From: Scyliorhinus canicula
Taxonomy: Eukaryota
NCBI RefSeq assembly: GCF_902713615.1
Contig: NW_024055491.1
Span: forward strand, 62,001-126,000
Length of the DNA: 64,000 bases
Direction of reading: 5' to 3'
Made by a program: the position numbers and the translations under genes. Within the stretch, counting starts at the first letter, position 1; every line of letters starts with the position of its first letter. This document shows, piece by piece, positions 38,466 through 48,779 of the stretch. The notes beneath the pieces are model-generated. The model was not told the DNA's origin. It saw only the letters and a program-made list of their open reading frames with translations, and did no database searches.

Positions 38466-39299
38466 ATCTTGTTTCCACTTGTGGGAGAGTCTGAGACCAG
38501 AGGGCTTAATCTCAGAGTAAGGGATCTCAAATTTAGGACAGAGGTGAGGAGACATTTCTTCCATCAGAGGGGAGTGAATCTGTGGAATTCTTCAGCTGTG
38601 CAATCATTCTGTCTCTGGAGTTTACCGGAAAAAGGCAAAGGTGAAGGTGACTTAACCCGGATGGGCCGCTTGGTGGCGCAGCGGCTCTTTAACTGAGGGG
38701 CCTTGAGTTCAGACACATCCCAGACAGGACTGGTGAGAAATATCTGTCTGGGAAAGGGGAGAAAACTGTGTAATCGGGGAAAAGGATCAGTGCCGATGGA
38801 CCTTAGAGAAAGGAGTTCAGATTAGACTTGTTTTCTTCTTTTTTCATTCAATATTTATTAAAATTTCAGAGACAATATTACACAAAAGCTTATTTTGATG
38901 TTTACAAAAGGGAACATAGCGATTGAGGGTGACACTGATAACAGAACACATGCCCTCTGAGCTGCCAAATGTATGTACAACTGTAACAGACACAAGAGAG
39001 AACAGGAGCTCAACATAAAGGGAAGGCAACTGTTGTAAATAAGGCACGAGATAAGTTACTTATTTAGACATGACATTGAGAGAAATTACTAGCTACAATT
39101 ACATTACAGCCAAAATTATCTCGTACATTTTAAACTGAAAAGCAGAAATACTGTCCATGATTGTCTCAGTTACCGATGCAGAATAATAAACTGAGATAAT
39201 TTTACTGTGAGAGTCACCAAGAGGAGATATTGTATTTGTGTCACACACAGATCATAATAAACAGCTGAGGGAAATCTACAGCGTCCGAACGTCAACCGA

Positions 39300-39308
39300 T
39301 CACTTGAT
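39300..39308 (-). CDS. IGHM: IgM heavy chain TM2 exon, coding part (IK-stop)
   Basis: Acceptor ctctcttttacag|ATC AAG TGA in phase 0 after TM1; candidate AATAAA at 38859-38854. Confidence 0.85.
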   Translation of the reverse strand: MK

Positions 39309-39448
39309 CTGTAAAAGAGAGAGAAAATGATGAAGCAGATGTTTATGATCTGGGACATTGATGTTAGAGTTTTTAATCAATCAAACATTTCGAGATGTTT
39401 TAAACGGCCTCTGTCAGTTTGAAGTGTGAGTGGATTGAATCTTCTCAC

Positions 39449-39576
39449 CTTCACCAGAGTGACTGCAGCGCTGTAGGAAATGCTCAGGAAGAACAGGGTG
39501 ATGAATGTGGAAGCGGTTGTCCAGATGTTCCCGTTATCATCCTCATTTTCTTCAGTCCAGGTGTGGTCTGTGGTAT
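39449..39576 (-). CDS. IGHM: IgM heavy chain TM1 exon (spacer plus transmembrane)
   Basis: Translates DTTDHTWTEENEDDNGNIWTTASTFITLFFLSISYSAAVTLVK (antigen-receptor TM motif); ctcgtag| acceptor and AAG|GTGAG donor. Confidence 0.93.
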
Positions 39577-39929
39577 CTACGAGAATCGAGCCAAATATAA
39601 TTAGTTTGTTTATTAATCCAGGATATGTTTTTTAATATTCTCGTTTCATTTTCTCCCGCTGCTAATTCATTCTTTAACATATTTGTCATTGCATATCTAC
39701 TATTGAGTTCATGACACTCAGAAATCGATCTCTGTAACTTTTTTCTTCCAATTAAGGGGCAAGTTATCATGGCCAATCCACCTAGCCTACGCATCATTGG
39801 GTTATCGGGGTGAGACCCACGGGTCACTGGGAAAGTCCACTGGGACAGAGACCCAGGAGCGGGATCAACCCCAGGCCCATGGTGGCGTGAGGCAGCAGTG
39901 CTAACCACTATGCCACCGTGCCGCCCTTG

Positions 39930-41280
39930 CCTGACGTCTGTGTTTGTTCTTTAGCTTTTGTGTCTGTGTGGATGCGAAATTCGTATTTCTTTACTCTTCT
40001 TTTGTGTGTCCCGATGTCTTTATAAGTGTCATTGTGTGTTCATGTGTCAATGAGTATTGATCTGTGTATTTGTGTGTCAGCGCCTGTGTGAACTTTGTTT
40101 ATCTTCTGTTAATGTGTATATCTGAGTGTTTTATTGTGTGTGTTTGTGTGTTGAAGTCTATGTTTATATATTAATGCCTGTTCAATATAAGTTCATACTT
40201 CCCTGTCCAGTAATGAAAGTGTTAATGTGTCTTTATACGTTCAACATGCATGTCAGTGTCTTAATGTTTGTGTCTGGATAAGTGCGTTTGTGTGTGTCTG
40301 TGTTTGTTGATGCCTGTATTTCATCATAGAATCATCATTAAATATAATCCCTACTGTGCCGAACGAGGCCATTCGGCCCATTGTGTCTGCACCGACCCTC
40401 CGAAAGAGCACCCTACCTGGACGCATGCCCCTGCCCTGTCCCCAGAACCTCGTAACCCCACCTAACGTTGTGGGCATTAAGCGGTAATATAGCCTGGCCA
40501 ATCCACCGAACCTGCACATCTTTGGACTGTGGGAGGAAACAGGAGCACGCGGAGGAAACAGGAACAGACCCGGCAGAACGTGGGAACTCCACACAGACAA
40601 TCACCCAAGGCTGGAATTGAACCCGGGATTATGGCGCTGTGAGGCAGAGGTGCTATTTATGCGTTGATGTTTGATTATAACTATCTATTGATGTGTGTTG
40701 ATGACTCTATGTGTATTCATATGTGTTCGTGTTAGCGTGTGTACGAGTCAGCTAATATGTATCTACGTGTGTCCGTTAGTGTGGATTATTGTCTCTGTTT
40801 GAATGGAAATATTTCTGTCATCGTGAAATTCTGCTAATTTACATGTTATTGGTTACATTTCTGTTTCATATTCTTCTGTCAGCCTGCTTGTCTGGTTGTA
40901 TATGTCTGTGTATCTGTGTGGACATGTGGTTGTATATGTCTGTGTACATGCGTGTACCCACTTGTGTGTGTGGAATTGTGTTTGTATGTGTGGATGTGCA
41001 CGTGAGTCTGTGTGTTTCTAAACATGTGCTTTTTGTGTTTATGTGCATGCTTGTGAATTTTTGTGCACATTTGCGTGTGTTTTTGTGTCAAAATATGTGT
41101 GGTCCGTTGTGCCTGGGTGTATGTTTGTGCATGTGTTTCTATGTGTGTGTCCATGTGTGTGTTTGTGTCTACTTGTGAGCGTGTGTGTGTTTCTGGGTCT
41201 GTGTGCATGTGTGTGTAGTGTCTGTGTCTGTGTATCTGTCTGTGTATTTGTATCAGCTGCCTGTAGCTTTGCTAGTTGTG
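39930..41280. repeat. TG-rich low-complexity tract with an inserted HE1-like SINE (40325-40650, minus)
   Basis: Degenerate (GT)n-rich sequence; SINE body recognisable. Confidence 0.8.
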
Positions 41281-41799
41281 GGTATTATTGATACCGATGT
41301 AGAATATGTTGAACTTTCTGCATATAAATGTGTTTTCCGTGAGTTGCAAGCTGACATCAGGTGACCTAATGCAAAAAAACAAGGAGGCTCCTCAGGAGAG
41401 AACAGTGAAAACCCAGAGAGAATTCAATCACCAGTCTGGATTTGGATTATGGGGAATCGGTCTTAGCATACGGATAAGAGGAACAAGGGTGCTAAAAAAA
41501 TTATGTTGCATAAATAGATATTTTAAGAACATCTTTATAATGTTTCAGCCTGTAAACTACATGGCGTCTTGTAATGTCAGTAACTGAGTTCTTAGTCCAG
41601 ACAACCGTTTACTTCCAAACTCCCTGCTTGGGGACTGGGAAGATATTGAGTTAATAATCTCCCTCTCTCTGGTCAGCTCAGCAAATTCCCTTTGGGTTCT
41701 CCCTGTTGGAGGTGGAGATACAGAGAGATCACTCATCACCTTCCTCCTCTTTTGGTTGGGAAAGTGGAGGTAAAATGTGTTAGTATTGCCCCTTTGCTC

Positions 41800-42660
41800 T
41801 CTTTGTTGGGGAAGTGGGGAGGCAGTGGATTAAATAATGTCCTTCCACTCATTGTTGGAAGCGGGTGTCCAGTGGATTAACTAATGTACACCCCCCTCAT
41901 TGTTGGAAGCGGATGTACAGTGGATTAACTAATGTACACCCCCCCCTCATTGTTGGAAGCGGATGTACAGTGGATTAACTAATGTACACCCCCCCCCCCA
42001 TTGTTGGAAGCGGATGTACAGTGGATTAACTCAGCCCACCACCGTCTCTTTGTTGGGGAAGTGGGGGCACAATGTGTTAACTAATGCTCCTCCCCTCGCT
42101 TTGCTGGGGAAGTGGGGGCACAGTGTGTTAACTAATGCTCCTCCCCTCGTTTTGCTGGGGAAGTGGGGGTACAGTGTGTTAAGTAATGCCCCAACCCCTC
42201 TCTTTGTTGGGGACGTGGGGAGACAATGGATTAACTAATGCCCCTCTCTTTGTTGGTGAAGTGGGGGTACAGTGTATTAACTAAAGCCCCTCCCACTCTC
42301 TCTGTTGGTGAGGTGGGGTACAGTGGATTAACTAATGCCCCCTCTCCTCTCTTTGTTGGCGAATTGGGGATACAGTGGATTAACTAAAGCTCCTCCCACT
42401 CTCTATGTTGGGGAAGTGGGGGTACAGTGAATTAACTAAAGACCCTCTCTCTATTGGGGAAGTGGGGGTACAGTGGATTAACTAATACCCCTCCCCCTCC
42501 CTCTATTGGGGAAGTGGGGGTACAGTGGATTAACTAATGCCCTTCCCCCTCTCTCTGTGTGGGAGGTGGGTGGGTGGGTGGGGAGACAGTGGAATAACTA
42601 ATACCCCTCCCGCTCTCTCTGTTGGGGAGGTGGGGGTACAGTGGATTAACAATTTCACTT
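41800..42660. repeat. About 50-55-bp minisatellite in the secretory-to-TM intron
   Basis: Repeating ctctctgttggggaagtgggggtacagtggattaactaatgcccc variants. Confidence 0.85.
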
Positions 42661-43249
42661 TCCCCTCTCTTTGACTGGAGATTGTTGGTCCATGTTTCTG
42701 TGTGACCCTCAAATCAGTTCCCAGTGGGTCTCATGCAGCAACTTAAAGCTGACATTAATTTTAAAGGGATGGACAATGAGAGAAGCAGGAACACCGAGAT
42801 CTAAATGTGATGGGTTTGTTTGTCTGAAATGGGAAATTGTCCGATTTCTCCTCATCTGGAGGAAAGTCAATGAAGATATTTTGCTGAATCCTGGAATGAA
42901 TGAGTTTTACTCTGTCTCTAACCCAGGGTGTTTCTGAGCTGAGAGCTCTGGTTGTATCAGACTTGGGGCTGAGACCTGTAGAAATCCGGGTCTCATTGAC
43001 CAGAGACTGGTTTAAAATCGCTGGATTTTAAAGCAGACCAAGACAGGCCAGCAGCACGGTTCAATTCCCGTACCAGCCTCCCCGAACAGGTGCCGGAATG
43101 TGGCGCTGAGGGGCTTTTCACAATAACTTGACTGAAGCCTACTTGTGACAATAAGTGATTTTCATTTCATTTTCAGATCTAACATCAGTAAAGTGGAAAC
43201 ACCATTAATCGAGTGGCTGTATGTTTAAATCACAATTAGAGGAAACGTT

Positions 43250-43264
43250 TTTATTATTTTTATT
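43250..43264 (-). terminator. Secretory-form polyadenylation signals (two AATAAA)
   Basis: tttatt at 43250-43255 and 43259-43264, about 30 nt after the secretory stop codon. Confidence 0.8.
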
Positions 43265-43291
43265 TTAGTTCGAAATATAACCAATCGATTC

Positions 43292-43683
43292 TCATTGACA
43301 TGAATTAACGGTGTCCATCAGAGCGAGGGAAATGTTCACAAAACTGGGTTTACCGCTGGATTTATCAACCGTTCTGTTGATGATCTTCAAGGGGATGGCT
43401 TCATGTCCCACCACACAGGAGTAAGAAGCGCCGCTGGCCCACTCCTCCGCTGCAATGGATAACAGGCTGTACATGAAGAAGGAGCTATTGCCGTTCTCCG
43501 CCATCACCTCGGTGTTCTTGTAGTTCCCGGGATTCACCGGCTTGTCATTGACGGTCCACTTGACGAAGATCTCTCGGGGGGAGAAACCTCTCACTAAGCA
43601 GCTGAGGGAGACGAATCTCTGAGCGGAGACGTCTTCAGCCGAGGGCAGGAGGACAGAGACGGACGGTTCCCGCGGATTGGGAT
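43292..43683 (-). CDS. IGHM: IgM Cmu4 plus secretory tailpiece
   Basis: [15 protein letters not shown]...SLSCLVRGF...WTVN...[12 protein letters not shown]...KSSG|[19 protein letters not shown]; penultimate Cys and NIS glycan site; internal TM donor AGCG|GTAAAC at 43354/43353. Confidence 0.96.
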
Positions 43684-43899
43684 CTGCAGAAAATGTACAA
43701 TAAATGTCAATAAAATGGGGAATTCCGGAGACAATGGAACCGCGGGTTAGATGTGAGAGAAATGTGTTTTGTGTTGGATTTTAAAGGTTTCCATTTTCCA
43801 CATTGGGATCTGTCCGGTTTCCCAGCTCGGAGCAGAGGTGGACACAATCCTTTTCCCTGAGGATTTACGGATTATGGATTCGAAAGTTTCAGAAAGTGT

Positions 43900-44950
43900 A
43901 CAGCAGGGAAACAGGCCATTCGGCCCAACAGGCTCCTCCCACCTTACCCCAAGAAGATTGGACAACTGCCAATGTGACACCCTTATTCAAAAGGGGAGGG
44001 AGTCAAAAACAGGTAACTATAGGCCAGGGACCTTAACATCTGTCAGTGGAAAACGGTTCGAGTCCATTATAATGGATCCAATAGCTGAGCATTTAGAAAT
44101 ACTCAATATAATCAGAGTCAGCACGGCTTCGGGAAGGGTAAATCATGCCTGACAAATTTAGTGCCCTTATTTGAGGTGATGACGAGAAGGCGAGAGAGGG
44201 AGGGGGAGGGGGTGGGGCAATAGATGTAAAATACATGAATTTCAAAACGGTGTTTGATAAATGAATGTACTATTCCCATGTTTGCAGATGACAAAAAATA
44301 GGTAGAAAGGCAAGTGGTGAGGATTACAGGAAATCCACAGAGGGACAGAGAATGTGAGGTTAGACACTTTGGTAGGAGGAAGAACATAAAGAAATATTAT
44401 TTAGATGGAGAAAGACTGAAGAAAGCTGAAGTAACGGGGGAATTGGGGGCCCTCATGCAGAAACCACAAAAAGTAAGTTCTGCAGGTAATATGGAGACAA
44501 ATTGAATGCTGATCTTTATTTTAAAAGGAGTAGAATATAACAATGGGGAAGCCTAGCTAAAACTGGGGAATTAGTGAGACAACACCTGATATACTTTGAA
44601 TAGCTTTGGTGCCCTTATCTAAGGAAGACAGATTGGTTTTGAAGGCAGTCCAGAGAAGGATCACAAGGTTGATCCCGAGTATGGAGGGATTTTCTTACAG
44701 GGAGAGGTTAAGTAGGCTGGGCTGTACTTATTGGAGTTTAGAAGAATGAAGGCGACCTCAGATTCTGGGTCGGTCAGTACGTTCAATGTTGAGGGACACA
44801 TATTTTAAATCAGTAAAACCGTCAAGAGATATGGGGATAAGGTGGGAAAGAGGAGTTGAAGGTTATCACATCAGATCAGGCTTGAACTCACTGAAGGCTG
44901 GACCGGTGTTGATGGGCCCAATGGGTTACATCTGCTCCTAAGTCTTGTGG
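43900..44950 (+). mobile_element. Decayed CR1 ORF2 in the Cmu3-Cmu4 intron
   Basis: Remnants WTTANVTPLFK and NYRPGTLTSV, plus 3' end motifs. Confidence 0.7.
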
Positions 44951-45174
44951 TCTATGGTCTCGCTTGATCTACACCCAATATCACTGGGTTTAATTCATTG
45001 TTCATTCATCTACATATCAATTTCCCCCTGAAACCCTAAACGCCCAGAGTATTTAGTTAGTGGAATTACCAATCAGAATGGACCATAAATACACTGAATG
45101 CTAAATACTGACCACTGCTCTCAAACTAGAAATAGACACAATGGCTCACTTATTGCTTCAGTTTCACCGCTCAC

Positions 45175-45483
45175 CTATTTTTTTGTGAATTGAAATTCTT
45201 AAAGGAGTTGGCAGGTCCTGATGGCTCGCCACACAGTCAAACACAGCCCCACTCAGCCAGGCTTGTGTCGAGATGTTTAATTTGCTGAGCACACTCTCAG
45301 TATCTGCCCCAGGCTCGTCGGCGATCTCTGATTTCAGCGGCTTCTTTGCTTCACTCCAGGACACGTTGACTCCATAAGGAGCATTCGAAATGACACAGGT
45401 TAAGGTTACAGTCGCCTCCAGTAAGACCTGTTCTATTGGTGGTGGCACTATTGTTACTGAGGCATCAGTGCAAATGGAAGGAT
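45175..45483 (-). CDS. IGHM: IgM Cmu3 exon
   Basis: [30 protein letters not shown]...VSW...[14 protein letters not shown]; 309 nt, phase 1-1, AG/GT junctions. Confidence 0.96.
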
Positions 45484-45920
45484 CTGTGAATGAAAAAAGT
45501 GGAAATCAACCCAAGTTTGATCTTCAGAATCAGGTCAGCAGGATTCAGCCTGAACTCTAAATGGGAATAAATCATCTTCGAAACATCAACCTCGAAATAA
45601 TCAACTTCGAAGCATCAACCTTTAAAGATCTCCTTTAATCTTCGATACGCATTGGAAAACCAGTTTGGTTTCTGAAAACTATTCTCATTGTGAAATACAG
45701 TCAGCCCCGATGCCATTCTAACGAATAGTATTGCAGCATTCCCAATACAAATATTCCAGTCCTGATCTCAGGGACGAAGTACTGGAGGCTGATCCATAAA
45801 TAGGTTGGATGAACTTTCCAACACTTCCCCCGGAGCTGTTATCAGTTAAGGGTTCCACACACCCACTGACTCTCAAATATAATCAGCTGTCTGAGGATAA
45901 AGCTGATATCAAGTCCACCA

Positions 45921-46100
45921 GGGGCTGGTTTAGCACAGGGCTAAATAGCTGGCTTTTAAAGTAGACCAAGTAAGGCCAGCAGCGCGGGTTCAATTCCCAT
46001 ACCAGCCTCCCCGAACAGGCGCCGGAACGTGGCGACGAGGGGCTTTTCACAGTAATTCATTTGAAGAATACTTGTGAGAATAAGCGATTTTCATTTCATT
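45921..46100 (+). mobile_element. Family-2 SINE in the Cmu2-Cmu3 intron (another partial copy at 43005-43173)
   Basis: ggggctggtttagcac head to the gattttcatttcatt tail. Confidence 0.88.
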
Positions 46101-46335
46101 GATTCACCTCACTCACTAAATTACTTCAAATTATAGGGATACATTTATTTCTATATTCATAAAATCGTGAATGGTCAGCAATCCTAATGCAGCTCTTACA
46201 TCAGAATGAAACACAAACTACATGGCAGCAAACTAGAAGTTATTCTGTGCTTTGTACTAACTTCAGTAAATTCCTGATTTGGATTAACATCAGAGTGCAG
46301 GATGATTTATTGTTTCCTCTGTTTGTGTCTCTTAC

Positions 46336-46644
46336 CAGACGCGGTGATGTTGTGAATTTGGGTGACCTCTTCATGAGTGACCTGGCAGGTATAGACCGCT
46401 TTGCTGAACCATTCCCCAGCGGAGACTGTCAGCCGACTGCTCGCTGAGAAGTTCCCGTTAACTTCACAGGCGGGAGAGGTGACAATTCCTGAACCCATGG
46501 CTTGTCCATTCTTCAGCCACTTCACCGTCATTGACTTTGGATGGAAATCGTTGATTGAACAGACGATGTTTGCAAATTTCTGTCTTGTGATTTCTTCACT
46601 GGAACTCACGGTGAGGAGAACATTTGGAGCATAAATTCTGGGAC
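46336..46644 (-). CDS. IGHM: IgM Cmu2 exon
   Basis: (C)[11 protein letters not shown]...[11 protein letters not shown]...WLKNG...YTCQVTH; 309 nt, phase 1-1. Confidence 0.96.
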
Positions 46645-46852
46645 CTTCAAGAAACACAATGAGATATTTCTTGCAGAAGAAATTGATAAACAAAATGAGT
46701 TGATATACTTAAAAAATGTTTGTGGTCAATAGACACTAAGCTGGATTTTCCAGGGATCAGGAATATGCAGAGTATTACAAATGAGTTATATCCAAGACCC
46801 TATATAAGGTAATCATAGGTTTTCTATTTCTCACAGGTTCCATAACACTTAC

Positions 46853-47152
46853 ATTCCATTCCAATGCTCTTGTCTGAGACGCTGTGTCGAACCTCACAGC
46901 TGATGTTGCTGCATCCCCCCTCTGACTCGGTGATGGTTAACTGGCTGCTCAGGGTGTAGGTTCCCTTCTTGTTTTTTACTGATGGGTATTTCTTAACTCC
47001 AGTGGTGATCAGCTGCCCATCGTTCTTCCAGGTGAGGCTGGTGATTTCTGGGGAGTAGTCCATCGCCAAACAGCCGTAGGTCACGGAGCCGTCGGTGTTG
47101 TGTTGCTGACATGAGGAGACCAGACTGTAGAGAGTGGGCGGAGTCGGTGTCA
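46853..47152 (-). CDS. IGHM: IgM Cmu1 exon
   Basis: (V)[14 protein letters not shown]...[10 protein letters not shown]...WK...YPSV...YTLSSQL...SCEVRH; 300 nt, in phase with the JH donor. Confidence 0.96.
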
Positions 47153-47468
47153 CTGGGGGAGAATGGCCCATTCAACAAGTTAGACTCTGGTATTTGTGAT
47201 TTATAAGTAACCAAGCATTTCATAATTTGACTAGAACTATGATTTTATCCTAACATTTCCGATTAAATCACACATCCACATTGAATCTTCTATCGGTTCT
47301 ATCGTTCGGAATCACCTACTTTTTGTCCCTTGTTCAGAAACTCACCTCTTTCTCCGTCTCTATAAAAAAAAACATATTTTGATGTAATCTGAATGGTGTA
47401 TCTTTCATTGGATTGAAAGAGAAGAGCAGAGCGTTTCCCCCATTATTTCAGCCACCATGTAATATAAA

Positions 47469-47476
47469 ATGCAAAT
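47469..47476. promoter_or_regulatory. Octamer motif ATGCAAAT about 320 bp upstream of Cmu1
   Basis: Exact match in non-repetitive intron sequence; function not shown. Confidence 0.35.
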
Positions 47477-47481
47477 GAGGC

Positions 47482-47672
47482 CATAGTCCCGGAGACTGTT
47501 CTTTCCCTTTGAGAGCTGACTGTGGTGATTTAACCTGAGGGTCACCACACATCAGGCCAGGAGCAAGGTTGAGAATGGAGATCTTTATGAATAACCTCAG
47601 CCGGTGCAGCGATTGAACCCGCGCTGTTGGGATCGCTCTTCGTCACGAACCAGCCGTCCAGCTAACTGAGCT
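47482..47672 (-). mobile_element. Family-3 SINE whose 5' end merges into the 29-bp array
   Basis: Homologous to 31193-31392; its A-box segment ccagctaactgagct is the start of the array unit. Confidence 0.75.
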
Positions 47673-48352
47673 GTGTACGTCACAATCCAGCAAACTGAGC
47701 TGTGTACGTCACAATCCAGCTAACTGAGCTGTGTACGTCACAATCCAACTAACTGAGCTGTGTACGTCACAATCCAGCTAATTGAGCTGTGTACGTCACA
47801 ATCCAGCTAATTGAGCTGTGTACGTCACAATCCAGCTAACTGAGTTGTGTACGTCACAATCCACCTCACTGAGCTGTGTACGTCACAATCCAGCTAACTG
47901 AGCTGTGTACGTCACAATCCAGCTAACTGAGCTGTCACGTCACAATCCAGCTAACTGAGCTATGTACGTCACAAACCAGCTGACTGAGCTGTGTACGTCA
48001 CAATCCAGCTCACTGAGCTGGTTACGTCACAATCCAACTAACTGAGCTGTGTATGTCACAATCCAACTAACTCAGCTATGTACGTCACAAACTAGCTGAC
48101 TGAGCTGGGTACGTCACAATCCAGCTAACTGAGCTGTGTATGTCACAATCCAGCTAACTGAGCTGTGTACGTCACAACCCAGCTAACTGAGCTGTGTAGA
48201 TCATAATCCAGCTAATTGAGCTGTGCACGTCACAATCCAGCTAACTGAGCTGTGTACGTCACAATCCAGCTAACTGAGCTGTGTAGGTCATAATCCAGCT
48301 AATTGAGCTGTGTACGTCACAATCCAGCTAACTGAGCTGTGTACGTCACAAT
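47658..48352. repeat. 24 x 29-bp AGCT-rich tandem array
   Basis: Unit ccagctaactgagctgtgtacgtcacaat; 695 bp / 29 = 24 copies. Confidence 0.95.
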
Positions 48353-48779
48353 CAATTTGTCTTACAAAAGTTGTCTCTTCATTTGTATCTTTGCAGTTTT
48401 GGGAAATTCCCTTTGTTCAAACTGACTGATGCCCCCTCCTCTCTCCATCTCACTACCTCCACTCCCCAAACCAGAGAATAGTGGCTTTGCTTCAAAAACA
48501 CCTTCTGAATGCACCTTTATATAATTACAATAAAATTCTACATTTGAGTAATTGCAACATTCACTAATTTTAGGACCATGCACATTGACAGCAGGAGGAG
48601 GCCATTCAATCCGTGGAGTCTCCTCCCCCATTCAATAAAATCCCGGCTGTGCTGATTGTGGTGTTAACCCCACATTCCGCCTGTCACTGAGACCGGGCTG
48701 TCTGCGATCCCCCCACTCCCCGCCCCGCGCTCTCTGAGCGTTCCCCCATCTCTCTGCGGTTCCCGCTGGATTGCTGCAC

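Noticed and set aside
47658-48352. CRISPR-like appearance of the 29-bp array and of the 65-bp and 131-bp repeats
   Set aside because: Units are contiguous with no unique spacers, the DNA is vertebrate, and there are no cas genes.
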